From sequence record MK327944.1: a stretch of 64,000 nucleotides of DNA. One strand, written 5' to 3'. This DNA comes from Escherichia phage vB_EcoM_G2540-3. The notes below the pieces were generated by a model, which had not been told where the DNA came from, searched no databases, and was given only the letters and a program-made list of their open reading frames with translations. Shown piece after piece: positions 1-10,137 of the stretch (its first letter is position 1; every line of letters starts with the position of its first letter). The position numbers and the translations under genes were made by a program.

Positions 1-2178
1 TTAGGCCGCAAGGGCCTTCATAGTTTTAGCGATTTGGGAGACTTCATCATCACTTAAAGAGTTGCGATAACCGATGAAGTCGGAAACAATACGGAATTTC
101 TTGGTAAACTCAGCAACCATTTTATCACTGTTTTTTGAAGCATTATTTGATAATACATCAAAAAGATTAGTTACTGTCCAGATGTCATGACCGATGGTAT
201 CTTTTCCACCATTAAAATATACACCGCGCAATGAACTAACTATATTAGCGAGTCGTGTATATTCTTCAGAAACTTCATCTGTACTGAAGTACTTCATCAT
301 AAAATCTAGTTCAGGATACTTGATAATTTTATCAATATATCGTTGAGCTGAACTTGAATAACCTACGTACTTATCATAATCTACATCATCAAAAGCATCT
401 ACATATAAATCACGCAGAGTTTCAAAAATACATTGGCACTGACCGAGTTCTTTTACCTTTTTCTGCAAAAGCGGACGAATAACATAAAACTCATTAATGC
501 CAATAAGATTAGCCATACGAATCAAAATATTCATAGATGGATGACAAAGAGATGTAGTACCATCCATAGAGAAAATATCAGAACGATGCATATACGCTAC
601 ATACCCAGTAATTTCATCTGCTTCTGATGTGAGCGTAAATAATTCCTCTTTTTCCCAGCGCCCGTCTTTAATTTCAAACTTAAATGCTGTAGCAGCTTTA
701 GGACGAGGAGCTTTACTTTTAACTACCTTTGGAATATAGCTTTTAACTAAAGCTTCAATTTCTGACAAATAATGAATGTTAACTTCATCACTTTCAAACA
801 TCGCCATAATATCAGGAAGCAAATCAATCTGCGATTCTACTTCTGGATTAATAAACAGAAGGCGTTCGTTGTGATGAATATTCAAAGTGTTATTAAATTC
901 ACTATCATCTAACGCATGTGCTAATCCACGGACAATATTAACACGATTTTTAATATTATCAATAACGATATTAATTTTTGTTGCATTAATACCAAACAGA
1001 CGATAACTTGATGCAACGGCTGAAGTTTCATGACTTTGCTTAATGCGCTTCAGTCGAGGGTCAAGATTTACTTCATACACAACTCCTGCATTGCATAACT
1101 TACTGTCAGGTTCAAACATGCTCTGCATCTTTTTATATGACAGATTTTTAGTCGTAAATTTGACTGAATTACTAATCATATAATCTCGAGCAGAATACCC
1201 CATCTTCATCAATTCACGATATGTATGACGGGGAGATGTGGATTCTTTAAATCGTTTTACATCTTCATTAAATGCTTTCTCACTGAGTTCTTTAACTCGT
1301 TCAATAATATTTTTACGAGTACGATCATCCAGTGAAAGAGCCTCGCGAGATGGAGCAATATCAAGTGAACCCATTGGAAACTTAATGTAATTCACTTCAT
1401 TGCGAATGCTTAGCCAGTTACGGTCTCTAATAACACCATCGATAGGATAAACAATACCGCCATAGATAGCATATAATCCACCACGATCAGGCCAGTATCT
1501 TTCTGGATTTACACCGTAATAGTCATTAAAATCCGGAAAATAATCAATTTCGCGGTCAAGACCATTAATGATAGCCAAATCTTTGAATGGTCGCATGATA
1601 TAAGAAACTTCATAAGCAAAGTTTCTAAAGTCTTTTTCTTCAACTGGAACTACGATTTCAATACCAGTTTTATCATCTGGACCCATTTCTTTTACGAATG
1701 TAGGTTTAATCTGCGGACCGTCACCATCCATGTAAGCTACATAACCACGAATTTCGCCTTTATGATATGAAGTAATACTAAATGTATCAGTATAACTAAA
1801 CGGAGATTTAGAACCTAAACCAAATCCACCAATGAAATCGTTAGATTCAGCCTTAGATGAACTGAAGTATGAATTATACAACCCAGGAGAATTATCATCA
1901 CCCTGAATATCAAAATCGCTCATACCCGGACCAAAATCTCGACAAACAAATCGCGGATCTAATCGTCCTGGAACTTGTATGATAAATTTTTCAGGATTTC
2001 CATTAAGTGCATGGGCATCAATCATATTAGTAATTAATTCACGGACTACTGCACGAATCTTGTTTGTATACAAATCAGATGACAGAATTTTAAATACTTT
2101 AGGAGATGCTGTGATGCTAAATGCTTTTGATTTAGAACCATTGCCAAGAATTGTTTCTTTTTCAGTGGTGATAATCAT
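1..2178 (-). CDS. rIIA: rIIA protein, 725 aa (rapid-lysis / Rex-exclusion locus; N-terminal GHKL-type ATPase-like region)
   Basis: Complete 725-aa ORF with stop at 1-3; length and position beside rIIA.1 and gene 39 match T4 rIIA; N-box-like motif [11 protein letters not shown]. Confidence 0.85.
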   Translation of the reverse strand: MIITTEKETILGNGSKSKAFSITASPKVFKILSSDLYTNKIRAVVRELITNMIDAHALNGNPEKFIIQVPGRLDPRFVCRDFGPGMSDFDIQGDDNSPGLYNSYFSSSKAESNDFIGGFGLGSKSPFSYTDTFSITSYHKGEIRGYVAYMDGDGPQIKPTFVKEMGPDDKTGIEIVVPVEEKDFRNFAYEVSYIMRPFKDLAIINGLDREIDYFPDFNDYYGVNPERYWPDRGGLYAIYGGIVYPIDGVIRDRNWLSIRNEVNYIKFPMGSLDIAPSREALSLDDRTRKNIIERVKELSEKAFNEDVKRFKESTSPRHTYRELMKMGYSARDYMISNSVKFTTKNLSYKKMQSMFEPDSKLCNAGVVYEVNLDPRLKRIKQSHETSAVASSYRLFGINATKINIVIDNIKNRVNIVRGLAHALDDSEFNNTLNIHHNERLLFINPEVESQIDLLPDIMAMFESDEVNIHYLSEIEALVKSYIPKVVKSKAPRPKAATAFKFEIKDGRWEKEELFTLTSEADEITGYVAYMHRSDIFSMDGTTSLCHPSMNILIRMANLIGINEFYVIRPLLQKKVKELGQCQCIFETLRDLYVDAFDDVDYDKYVGYSSSAQRYIDKIIKYPELDFMMKYFSTDEVSEEYTRLANIVSSLRGVYFNGGKDTIGHDIWTVTNLFDVLSNNASKNSDKMVAEFTKKFRIVSDFIGYRNSLSDDEVSQIAKTMKALAA

Positions 2179-2188
2179 AATTTCCTCA

Positions 2189-2392
2189 TTAATTCATATT
2201 ACGCTTAATAACTTCAGCAACTTCTAGTAATTCATCTTTAGTTGCAGTGTCGGATTGAATTTTATCTCTAATATCTTTAAAGCGGTTTTTAAATTCTTCG
2301 GCTTCTCCCATATCGAAAAAGCGTTGAATGATTCTATATTCTCGATGAACTGCTTTATCAAAAAGTTCTAAATTTACTTTATATGATTTCAT
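2189..2392 (-). CDS. rIIA.1-like small protein, 67 aa
   Basis: Small ORF immediately upstream of rIIA, in the position of T4 rIIA.1; early promoter directly upstream. Confidence 0.55.
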   Translation of the reverse strand: MKSYKVNLELFDKAVHREYRIIQRFFDMGEAEEFKNRFKDIRDKIQSDTATKDELLEVAEVIKRNMN

Positions 2393-2417
2393 TTCAATAT
2401 CCTCATTTGCCCAATTA

Positions 2418-2447
2418 ATTATACCACATCCTTGTGGTAAAGTAAAC
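2418..2447 (-). promoter_or_regulatory. T4-type early promoter (before rIIA.1 and rIIA)
   Basis: Minus strand GTTTAC, 18-nt spacer, TGGTATAAT. Confidence 0.65.
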
Positions 2448-4267
2448 TACTGGCTCATCCATTCTTTACGAAGGTCAGCATTATCTCCCATGAGCATTTC
2501 AAAAAGCTCTTTCCAGTTCTCAGGAAGTTTAACAACATCATATACTGGATTTTGAATCATCTCACGATATTCAGATTTTTCCAAAGAGCCAAGTCCTTTA
2601 ATATAACGGATGCTATGTTTAGGTAGAGCATCTTTAGCACTCTCATATTCAGCGACTGTATAAAACCATTCTTGTTTTTTACCAATCTGTGCGATGATTA
2701 CAGGAGTTTTGACAAAGCGAATTCGTCCTTGCTCAAACAGTTCTGGCCAATTACTAAAAAATCCAAGCAGAGAAGGATAAATGCTTCCTAGACCATCATG
2801 GTCAGCATCAGTCATAATAGCAATATTATGATAATTCAAGTTTTCAGCTTTTTCACCGAGAACTAATCCAGTGATTGCGCAAATATCAAACAGTTCTTTG
2901 TTTTTAAGCATGTCAGCATATGACATACCCCAACTGTTGAGAACTTTACCACGTAATGGATAACCACCGTGAAGTTCTTTATCACGAACATCAATAAGAT
3001 ATCCGATAGCCGAATCACCCTCAGTCAAGAAAAGAGTAGTATCAGCATCTTTACCACAAAGATTCGCTTTAATATGTTTATGAACCTTAGCTTTAGAAGC
3101 CTTTTTAGCTGCTTTAGTTTCTGCTGCTTTTTCTGCCGCTAATTTACGAGCCAAAGCAGCTTCAATAATCGGCATTAGAATTGCTTCATTATTTAGAATA
3201 GCACGTGAAATCTTTTTAGCATCAAGTTGAATATGACTACGGATTTCACCAAATGGAGAAGTCAAACGCTCTTTAGTTTGAGAATCAAATCGCATGTTTT
3301 TCATATCACGGACAAACATAACGATAGTCAAACATTCTTTAACGCGTGCTTTAGTCACATCAATTTTGAACTTACGTTTGATTTGTGGAATAAGGTCTTC
3401 ACAAATATCATCCATAACACAGTCAATGTGATGGCCACCATTCTTAGTGTGAATGTTATTCACATAAGTTAATTGACGAAAACCATCCGGTGAACGACCA
3501 ACCGCAATAGAGCAATTTTCTTGTTCTTGAACGATAGCATGCTCATCATATTGGCGTGCATATTTCTTAAAATTGCCCTGAACCTTTTTACCATTAAAGG
3601 TAAATTGAATATCAGGATAAACTACTGCAAGTGTCTGGAGACGATCTAGTGTAATGTCAAGATAAACTTGGGACAGCTCATTAGTTTCAAATGACATAAA
3701 ATCAGGAATGAAAGTAACGCGAGTTCCTTTCCATTTTCCTGGAATAGTTTCCCATGATTTATTTTCCATGCCATTTGAACAACGAACTACAATATTATTT
3801 TGACCATCACCAGTTTCACCGACAAACATCACAGAAAAAATGTTTGTCAAACTAGAACCAACACCATTCATACCACCGGTGACGCGTTCTTTATCATCAC
3901 CGAAGTTACCACCTGCTTTTGGAATAGTCCAGGCAGCAACAGGACCAGGAATTTCTTCACCAGTAGGTGTTTTGACCATCGCTTGTGGAATACCGCGACC
4001 GTTATCTTCAACTGTTACTTGATTGTTTTTAATAGTAATATTAATTTTATTTGCGAATTTAAACTTAGTACGAATACCTTCATCTACTGAGTTATCGATA
4101 ATTTCATCAATAAGCTTAACAAGACCAGGTACATACTGAACACTTTCCCATTTACCAAACAGAAAGCGCTCATGCATTTCATTAGCAGAAGAGCCAATAT
4201 ACATGCCGCTACGCTTTTTGATATGTTCAATATCGCTCAGAATTTTAATTTCATTCTTAATCATCAC
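2447..4267 (-). CDS. 39: DNA topoisomerase II large subunit gp39 (GyrB-like ATPase) with gp60-equivalent region fused, 606 aa
   Basis: GHKL ATPase motifs (IIDNSVDEG, EDNGRGIP) and TOPRIM-like region; a single 606-aa ORF equals T4 gp39 plus gp60, as in T2/T6. Confidence 0.9.
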   Translation of the reverse strand: MMIKNEIKILSDIEHIKKRSGMYIGSSANEMHERFLFGKWESVQYVPGLVKLIDEIIDNSVDEGIRTKFKFANKINITIKNNQVTVEDNGRGIPQAMVKTPTGEEIPGPVAAWTIPKAGGNFGDDKERVTGGMNGVGSSLTNIFSVMFVGETGDGQNNIVVRCSNGMENKSWETIPGKWKGTRVTFIPDFMSFETNELSQVYLDITLDRLQTLAVVYPDIQFTFNGKKVQGNFKKYARQYDEHAIVQEQENCSIAVGRSPDGFRQLTYVNNIHTKNGGHHIDCVMDDICEDLIPQIKRKFKIDVTKARVKECLTIVMFVRDMKNMRFDSQTKERLTSPFGEIRSHIQLDAKKISRAILNNEAILMPIIEAALARKLAAEKAAETKAAKKASKAKVHKHIKANLCGKDADTTLFLTEGDSAIGYLIDVRDKELHGGYPLRGKVLNSWGMSYADMLKNKELFDICAITGLVLGEKAENLNYHNIAIMTDADHDGLGSIYPSLLGFFSNWPELFEQGRIRFVKTPVIIAQIGKKQEWFYTVAEYESAKDALPKHSIRYIKGLGSLEKSEYREMIQNPVYDVVKLPENWKELFEMLMGDNADLRKEWMSQ

Positions 4268-4316
4268 TTATCCTCGTTTGGTTTCGGGAATATTATACTC
4301 CGGTAATCATAAAGCT

Positions 4317-4334
4317 AAAGGCCCGAAGGCCTTT
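4317..4334 (-). other. intercistronic UUCG-tetraloop hairpin before gene 39
   Basis: Minus RNA AAAGGCC-UUCG-GGCCUUU overlapping the upstream stop codon. Confidence 0.55.
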
Positions 4335-4603
4335 TATTTAAAACGAATAGTCGAATCCTTGAAGAATAGTCCAGAACATACTGTTCCTTCTACTTTCTGC
4401 CCAGTAGGTCCAATAGCACGAAATCCAGTATGCTGGAAATCATTTTCAGAGCAACCGAACCAATTATATCCAGTGATTTCAATATTAGTAAAACCACTTG
4501 AAGACAAAACTTTGGTTGCATTATCAGCATCAGTACATCCTATTAAAGACACTGCTAATACTAATGCTGCGATAGAACGATTAATATATTTCATAATTTT
4601 CAC
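4334..4603 (-). CDS. putative lipoprotein, 89 aa
   Basis: Signal peptide followed by lipobox LIGC (MKIMKYINRSIAALVLAVSLIGC). Confidence 0.55.
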   Translation of the reverse strand: MKIMKYINRSIAALVLAVSLIGCTDADNATKVLSSSGFTNIEITGYNWFGCSENDFQHTGFRAIGPTGQKVEGTVCSGLFFKDSTIRFK

Positions 4604-4971
4604 TTAAATTTAATGGCTTGAAGAAGACTAATAATTCTCAAGCGACTTCCTTCATCTTTAACTGTAAAAGAAAGAGGGTCACCAGATTTCATAGTGATAG
4701 TGCATTCAAAAGCAAAACCTTCGGGAACTTCTTCGAAGAAGTCAAATTCTTCATCATAAATTAGAACATTACTCTGAAAACTGTGAAGAATTTTTCCGTC
4801 ATTTCCAGATGCTGTACTAATCATTGTAACATTATTACCTTTCATATCTTCAACGATAAATTCGCTTGTAGATATTACAGCATTAATAGAACCATTCCTA
4901 TAAATAGCAGAAAATAGATATTTCTTTTCTTCACCTTCGCGAATGCGATATTTCTTACCGATTTTAAACAT
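4600..4971 (-). CDS. hypothetical early protein, 123 aa
   Basis: ORF in the tightly packed minus-strand early array; start overlaps upstream stop. Confidence 0.5.
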   Translation of the reverse strand: MFKIGKKYRIREGEEKKYLFSAIYRNGSINAVISTSEFIVEDMKGNNVTMISTASGNDGKILHSFQSNVLIYDEEFDFFEEVPEGFAFECTITMKSGDPLSFTVKDEGSRLRIISLLQAIKFK

Positions 4972-4973
4972 AA

Positions 4974-5150
4974 TTACCCTTTAAGTAAGTCGTAAAATCC
5001 GCCATTCACATGCTTAGGGGCAGAGACTAACCGAATAGCAATCCGATGACAATCAGGACATACATCAGTATCTCTTTCAGAAATTTTCTTGATTTTTTCG
5101 TATTCTTTTGCGCAGTCTTTTGATTGACATTTATAATCATAAAGCGGCAT
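4974..5150 (-). CDS. FmdB-type zinc-ribbon small protein, 58 aa (below ORF-track cutoff)
   Basis: MPLYDYKCQSKDC...CPDCHR pattern; RBS AAGGAA 5 nt before ATG at 5150; fills the gap between flanking genes. Confidence 0.5.
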   Translation of the reverse strand: MPLYDYKCQSKDCAKEYEKIKKISERDTDVCPDCHRIAIRLVSAPKHVNGGFYDLLKG

Positions 5151-5152
5151 AA

Positions 5153-5566
5153 TTATTCCTTAAAGTGAGCTTTCAACATCTGATACAAGGACCATGCCTG
5201 TTCATCATTTTCAATAGTAACTTTCATTACAGGGAATTTAGATTGATCAGTTATCGGTGCAGATTCTTCCTGCTCTTCAGCTGCCTGGTATGGATTTTCA
5301 ACTTCATTAAAGAATTCAGCTTCATTCGATGAAAGCCAAATAAAATCTTCATCCAAAATATCTTTACCAGAAGATAGTACTAAATTTCCAGCAAATGACA
5401 TAATTTTAATAGGACGCCCAAGAGCATCCACATCTAAAATTTTAAAAGGATGCATACCTAAACGGCGTGCATAGATTCCGTTATCAGTATGGTCTTTAAT
5501 AAAATTTTCTTGAGCTTGTTTATTTTTAAACTGATACCATTTATTAACTTCAAATTTAATAGCCAT
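5153..5566 (-). CDS. hypothetical early protein, 137 aa (occupies the T4 goF position by synteny)
   Basis: ORF only; the synteny-based name is a guess. Confidence 0.5.
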   Translation of the reverse strand: MAIKFEVNKWYQFKNKQAQENFIKDHTDNGIYARRLGMHPFKILDVDALGRPIKIMSFAGNLVLSSGKDILDEDFIWLSSNEAEFFNEVENPYQAAEEQEESAPITDQSKFPVMKVTIENDEQAWSLYQMLKAHFKE

Positions 5567-5781
5567 TAATAAATTTCCTTCCAGTAAGTTGTACCATCTT
5601 CAGTGATTTCACGAAATACACCGTAAATTGGTTGTTTATCCCCAACCTTTTCATACACATAAACCGAAGTCAAGTGAGTAAACTTAGCAGTGTGTTCCTT
5701 TTGAACTACTACCAAATCTGGATCGAATAACACATCTTCAAATTCGTCATTAGTGCAGTTCTGAACAATTTTACGTTTCAT
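5566..5781 (-). CDS. hypothetical early protein, 71 aa (occupies the T4 cef position by synteny)
   Basis: ORF with RBS GAGGAAA; same size as T4 cef but not verified. Confidence 0.5.
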   Translation of the reverse strand: MKRKIVQNCTNDEFEDVLFDPDLVVVQKEHTAKFTHLTSVYVYEKVGDKQPIYGVFREITEDGTTYWKEIY

Positions 5782-5953
5782 TACAATTTCCTCGTTAATT
5801 GAACATTGGAGCGATGCGTTTCAGAAGAGTAGCAGCACCTTTGGCAAATTTTCCATTTTATTCTCCAAATTATTTTCTATATCAGTAGTTGATATTGATA
5901 TAGTACCATAATCAACTACTGATGTATATAGTTTTATGAAAAAATTTTAAACT

Positions 5954-6445
5954 TTATGCATAGCGAGCTTTGCTGTAGTGTTTAATCCAACTTTCAGGAA
6001 TGACTTTGTATGTTCCTAAAAATACCGCGTTGTATAACTTAACGCCATCTTCTACCCATTGATCAGTAATGTATGCACACATAGCGCGAGTACGCTGAGG
6101 AAGTGGTTGTCCACCTTCGGTAAATTCAAACTCATAAGGAGCAATGAACTTGATAGCTTGACCAAGTTTCCACTTAAAGTCTACACCTACATGCGAAGTA
6201 TCAATCGTTTCAATTCCTTTAGCAGGAACAGCTTTCAAAAACGCAGGCTCAAGAAATTTCCATCGAACATAACCAAACTGGGGCTTAGACATTCCATCTT
6301 TAGCAATGATACGTACTTTTACTTCAGAATCTTCATCTTTAACACCATGTTTAAGCTGAATGCTTACAACTTCGACCAATTTTCCTGCTGCTTTAGAACG
6401 GGATTTATCAGATACACGAGCAATTTCACCGATATTAATATTCAT
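5954..6445 (-). CDS. hypothetical early protein, 163 aa; paralogue of the disrupted gene at 6518..7066
   Basis: C-terminal segment AYITDQWVEDGVKLYNAVFLGTYKVIP resembles the out-of-frame segment of the neighbouring gene; early promoter at 6490..6519. Confidence 0.6.
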   Translation of the reverse strand: MNINIGEIARVSDKSRSKAAGKLVEVVSIQLKHGVKDEDSEVKVRIIAKDGMSKPQFGYVRWKFLEPAFLKAVPAKGIETIDTSHVGVDFKWKLGQAIKFIAPYEFEFTEGGQPLPQRTRAMCAYITDQWVEDGVKLYNAVFLGTYKVIPESWIKHYSKARYA

Positions 6446-6489
6446 AATTATCTCTCACTTGTTAAAAAGATTTTATACTCCACAGGACC

Positions 6490-6519
6490 ATTATACTCTG
6501 GTCCCAAGAGTTTGTAAAC
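6490..6519 (-). promoter_or_regulatory. T4-type early promoter
   Basis: Minus strand GTTTAC, 18 nt, TATAAT; upstream of 5954..6445. Confidence 0.6.
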
Positions 6520-7066
6520 TAGCTTAAACGAACATTAATCACTGCGCTACGAGGAACTACAGAGTATTCTCCAGCATGAACTACGTTCAGAAGTTCAACG
6601 CCATCTTCAATCCACTGGTCTGTTACCCAACCACAGATAGGATTATCAAAAGGACGACGGATAGACACAGCAGCACACAACAGGTCTGTAGGGTCTTGTT
6701 CTTCAACTTCTTGGAACAGGATGAACTCATCTTCATAAACCAGGTTTTCTTTATTTTGTTATTATCTAACCGGCGACCGTGGATGACGTAAGATTTGTCA
6801 AACCACTCACTTTTGGCAAATTCTTCAACAATAAATTCGCCTTCGCCAAAAACATCAGTCAGAGTTTTATGACCAGAAATCAAGGCATTAGTTTTAATTT
6901 TAGGTTCAACCAGTTTGTAGGTTTTGCCGATTTCAATAGCGGTAGTCATAATAGGTTCCTTAATTTCCAGTGGTTTAACAGGGCATACATAAGTGCTTAC
7001 AACATCAAAATCAATCAGTTTAGCTACCGGATTTGGTATGTATTCAGGATTATAATTAAATTTCAT
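6518..7066 (-). pseudogene. frameshifted paralogue of 5954..6445 (N-terminal part 6623..7066, C-terminal part in the -1 frame ending about 6518)
   Basis: Translating the -1 frame downstream of the A-rich run near 6745-6765 gives ...PICGWVTDQWIEDGVELLNVVHAGEYSVVPRSAVINVRLS, homologous to the C-terminus of 5954..6445. Confidence 0.5.
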
Positions 7067-7068
7067 AA

Positions 7069-7569
7069 TTATCTCATTTCAATAAAATCTACGAGTTCAG
7101 CATGCGATTTGCGGAACATTACTTGGTGCCCACCAATGATAACTTCATCTTCAGGAACTTCGTATACAGCGAGATAAAATCCTTTAGAAGATAATTCTTC
7201 CCGCTCTTCTCGTGTGAACCATCTCATCATATCATATTCACTAGCGAAAGCAAAATGATAAAGACCTATAAACCATCCTGGAATATGATATTCTACTCCA
7301 ACATAATCTTTCTTGAACTTAGTATTAATTACTATATTAGCGTTTTTAACTAATAGTTTATCTTCGTGTGGTAAAGGAATTCTTTTATTATTATCGCTAT
7401 GATGCATAAAATTAGGTCTGTCATAACCTACGTGTAATAGCCACTCTTCGCTCCATGAATCTATTATACTCCTGTACGGCGTTATTTGAACACAAAGATT
7501 TCGACGTATTGTTATAGCATCTTCATAATCAAGAATACTAAACGATGATTCAACACGATAAATTTTCAT
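7069..7569 (-). CDS. hypothetical early protein, 166 aa (occupies the T4 motB position by synteny)
   Basis: Start moved to internal ATG at 7569 with RBS GAGGA, so that the early promoter at 7597..7626 lies upstream. Confidence 0.5.
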   Translation of the reverse strand: MKIYRVESSFSILDYEDAITIRRNLCVQITPYRSIIDSWSEEWLLHVGYDRPNFMHHSDNNKRIPLPHEDKLLVKNANIVINTKFKKDYVGVEYHIPGWFIGLYHFAFASEYDMMRWFTREEREELSSKGFYLAVYEVPEDEVIIGGHQVMFRKSHAELVDFIEMR

Positions 7570-7596
7570 TTTATTATCCTCAGTAGCTATGGTGTT

Positions 7597-7626
7597 ATAA
7601 TACCACAACTAACCGAGGAAGTAAAC
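7597..7626 (-). promoter_or_regulatory. T4-type early promoter
   Basis: Minus strand GTTTAC, 18 nt, TATTAT; upstream of 7069..7569. Confidence 0.6.
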
Positions 7627-7632
7627 AACTTT

Positions 7633-8316
7633 TTATCGTTTTGTTGTAAGAGATAGAGGATCGCAATCTTCCTCTGACGGAGCATCTTCAAGACCCATAG
7701 CATATCGCAAAGCATACTTCATCATCAGAATATCTTTCGCACAGTCATGAATAGAATCATGCGCAACGAATCCATCTAAAGTTCCTTTTGGAAGAGGACA
7801 CGTGGTCATATCACGAACAAGCAGAAGTGCTTCAATTCTGGTACGAATATCACGCTGATTCCAGAATTTACATGGTTCTAACTTAAATGTGTCAAGCTCA
7901 TTCTCAGAAACACCATTAAGACGTTGAATATCACGAATGAGATCGACTAAAATTGGAAAATCAAACGACATTCCACGGCACCAGCCTTGAGATTTCCAAG
8001 GATCGATATTATGTGCATTGATGTAATCATTAAATTTTGCAATACCATCGATGGTGCTTACATCTTCATCTGATGGTGCAATATTTTTTCGAGCTTCAGG
8101 AGACTGATTTTTCCACCATTCGATAGTGCTTTTAGTAAAAAGACGATGTCCTTTTTGGCTTTTTAAATCAAATTTGATTTTAATGCCGCGTGAAACTAAT
8201 TCATCAAATGTTTCAACTACTTCTGGGTTAGGGTCAAAAGCAATTACAGCTAAATCAATAACAGCTGCTTTTTCACCACTTCCCATTGTTTCAAAATCTA
8301 TAATAAAATCAAACAT
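7633..8316 (-). CDS. dexA: exonuclease A (DexA), DEDDh 3'-5' exonuclease, 227 aa
   Basis: 227 aa with N-terminal MFDFIIDFETMG (exonuclease motif I) and a later HDSIHD motif; position before dda. Confidence 0.8.
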   Translation of the reverse strand: MFDFIIDFETMGSGEKAAVIDLAVIAFDPNPEVVETFDELVSRGIKIKFDLKSQKGHRLFTKSTIEWWKNQSPEARKNIAPSDEDVSTIDGIAKFNDYINAHNIDPWKSQGWCRGMSFDFPILVDLIRDIQRLNGVSENELDTFKLEPCKFWNQRDIRTRIEALLLVRDMTTCPLPKGTLDGFVAHDSIHDCAKDILMMKYALRYAMGLEDAPSEEDCDPLSLTTKR

Positions 8317-8591
8317 TAAATTTTCCTTGCTAAATCGCGAATTTGACCTACAGTATAGTCTTGAATATAAACTTTATTAATAGGTTCATCAATAAATTTT
8401 GCCATAGATTCAATATCTTTTTGCATCTCTTCAAGACTGTATATTATCTTTAAAGCTTTTTCGCGAATAGTAATATTTTCAGGACCAGAATTTTTCTCAA
8501 TGACAGCTTTAACATTTGTCATAAGAGATTTAAACTGACACCAACTTAATTCAATCATTAATAACCGCCTTATAAAGATGGCTAATTTCAC
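8316..8591 (-). CDS. hypothetical small protein, 91 aa (dexA.1 position)
   Basis: ORF only; start uncertain and overlaps the upstream gene. Confidence 0.45.
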   Translation of the reverse strand: MKLAIFIRRLLMIELSWCQFKSLMTNVKAVIEKNSGPENITIREKALKIIYSLEEMQKDIESMAKFIDEPINKVYIQDYTVGQIRDLARKI

Positions 8592-8811
8592 CTAAAATGT
8601 AATCACTGATTGTAACAGTTTTTACTTCACCACAAAAGAATTCTAACGCAATCAAATCTCGTTCGATTTCTTCCAATTGAAGCATTAACTTGCCTGATTC
8701 AGTTTTCACATTTTTGCGATTTTTGCTATAAGCTATTTCATAAATTTCGCTTACTTTATCTTGAAGAAGATAAAACTGATCTTTAGTTATTTCCACGAAT
8801 AGCTTCCTCAA
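8551..8811 (-). CDS. hypothetical small protein, 86 aa (dexA.2 position)
   Basis: ORF only. Confidence 0.45.
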   Translation of the reverse strand: MRKLFVEITKDQFYLLQDKVSEIYEIAYSKNRKNVKTESGKLMLQLEEIERDLIALEFFCGEVKTVTISDYILGEISHLYKAVIND

Positions 8812-8817
8812 ATTTAA

Positions 8818-10137
8818 TCATACATAAAATACATCATAACGACCACGGGTAACACCAACATAAAGAAGTTGTTGAGCTAATTCAGCATCTGCATAATGAA
8901 TACAAGGCGTATAAATGAAAGCACGGTCTACAGACATACCCTGAGCTTTATGGAATGTTGATGCAGGAAGTGCTTTCACTTTACTGAACTGTGATTTAGC
9001 ATCCCAAAAATCACTCCACGGAGCTTTTCCGCCTTTGTTCCAATTTTTATAAGTTTCTGCCGTTTTACCTAAAAATAGGTTAAACTTATATAGCTCTTCA
9101 TCAGATGAAATTATTTTAATCTTTTCACGATAATATTCATCATCGCCATAAGTTTCTACTGTTAAATCCCAATGACGAATTAAGTATTCTCCAGGAACAC
9201 CACGAGCTTTAACAAACGTTGATGTATACTCTGCTTCTATAATACGAACTAATTGTCCGTTATTAAAAATAATTTCTGATACAGGCTTTCCATCAATTTT
9301 ATATGTTTTAATTAATGGTTCCTGCATTACAATAATTTCACCGACAATAAAATCTTTATCAGTTTCAAAAATCTTTTTACGAATAATGCTATTTAACTTA
9401 TCAACAGATTTATTCGTAAATGCCATTACGCGATTTTCAAACAAATCATCTAGTGATTTTACGATTGAAAAATAATTTACCATAAAATCGCGTAAAGCGG
9501 TATCACCAATAAATCCACGTACTCCATGCCCGTCAACAATTTTATCATAAATCCACTTACCGTTACGAACGTCAGTAGCTACATCAATAATAGGAGCATT
9601 ACTGCGTTTAACTTCAGTGAGTTCGCACTGATAAAAATCTTTATGCGTAAAGAATGGACTGATATAAGCAGTATTTTCTCCTGGGTCAACAGGTCTAATT
9701 TGCTTATTATCCCCTATTCCAATTATAGTACACCAAGGTGGAATAGTTGAAAGCAGAATTTTAAATAGCTTTCTATCATACATTGACACTTCATCGCAGA
9801 TTAATACTCTGCATTTAGCTAAATCTGGTACTTCCTTCTGTTCAAAAAGAACATTTTCTTCATATGTTACTGGGTTAATTTTAAGAATACTATGAATAGT
9901 ACTTGCTTCTTTCCCTGATAGTTTTGAAAGAATCTTTTTAGCTGCATGAGTAGGAGCTGCTAAAATAATACCAGTTTCACCCGTAGATATTAAAGCTTCA
10001 ATGATGAACTTGGTAAGAGTAGTCTTACCAGTACCAGCAGGTCCATTAATAGTTACATGATGTTTCTTTTCTTTAATAGCCTTCATAACAATGTTAAAGG
10101 CATTTTTCTGGCCTTCGGTCAAATCATCAAATGTCAT
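8818..10137 (-). CDS. dda: Dda SF1B DNA helicase, 439 aa
   Basis: Walker A GPAGTGKTT, Walker B LICDEVSM; 439 aa as in T4 Dda. Confidence 0.9.
   Translation of the reverse strand: MTFDDLTEGQKNAFNIVMKAIKEKKHHVTINGPAGTGKTTLTKFIIEALISTGETGIILAAPTHAAKKILSKLSGKEASTIHSILKINPVTYEENVLFEQKEVPDLAKCRVLICDEVSMYDRKLFKILLSTIPPWCTIIGIGDNKQIRPVDPGENTAYISPFFTHKDFYQCELTEVKRSNAPIIDVATDVRNGKWIYDKIVDGHGVRGFIGDTALRDFMVNYFSIVKSLDDLFENRVMAFTNKSVDKLNSIIRKKIFETDKDFIVGEIIVMQEPLIKTYKIDGKPVSEIIFNNGQLVRIIEAEYTSTFVKARGVPGEYLIRHWDLTVETYGDDEYYREKIKIISSDEELYKFNLFLGKTAETYKNWNKGGKAPWSDFWDAKSQFSKVKALPASTFHKAQGMSVDRAFIYTPCIHYADAELAQQLLYVGVTRGRYDVFYV

Noticed and set aside
3800-4090. Plus-strand ORFs lying inside long minus-strand genes (for example 3800..4090, 9526..9750, 20624..20854, 27928..28296, 33765..34148, 45769..46050)
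   Set aside because: They are antisense to well-supported genes, lack ribosome-binding sites and have low-complexity composition, so they are shadow ORFs.
6745-6765. Programmed -1 ribosomal frameshift site in the disrupted paralogue
   Set aside because: No canonical X-XXY-YYZ slippery heptamer or downstream pseudoknot is evident; a mutation or sequencing error in the A-rich run is the simpler explanation. The disruption itself is still reported as a finding.
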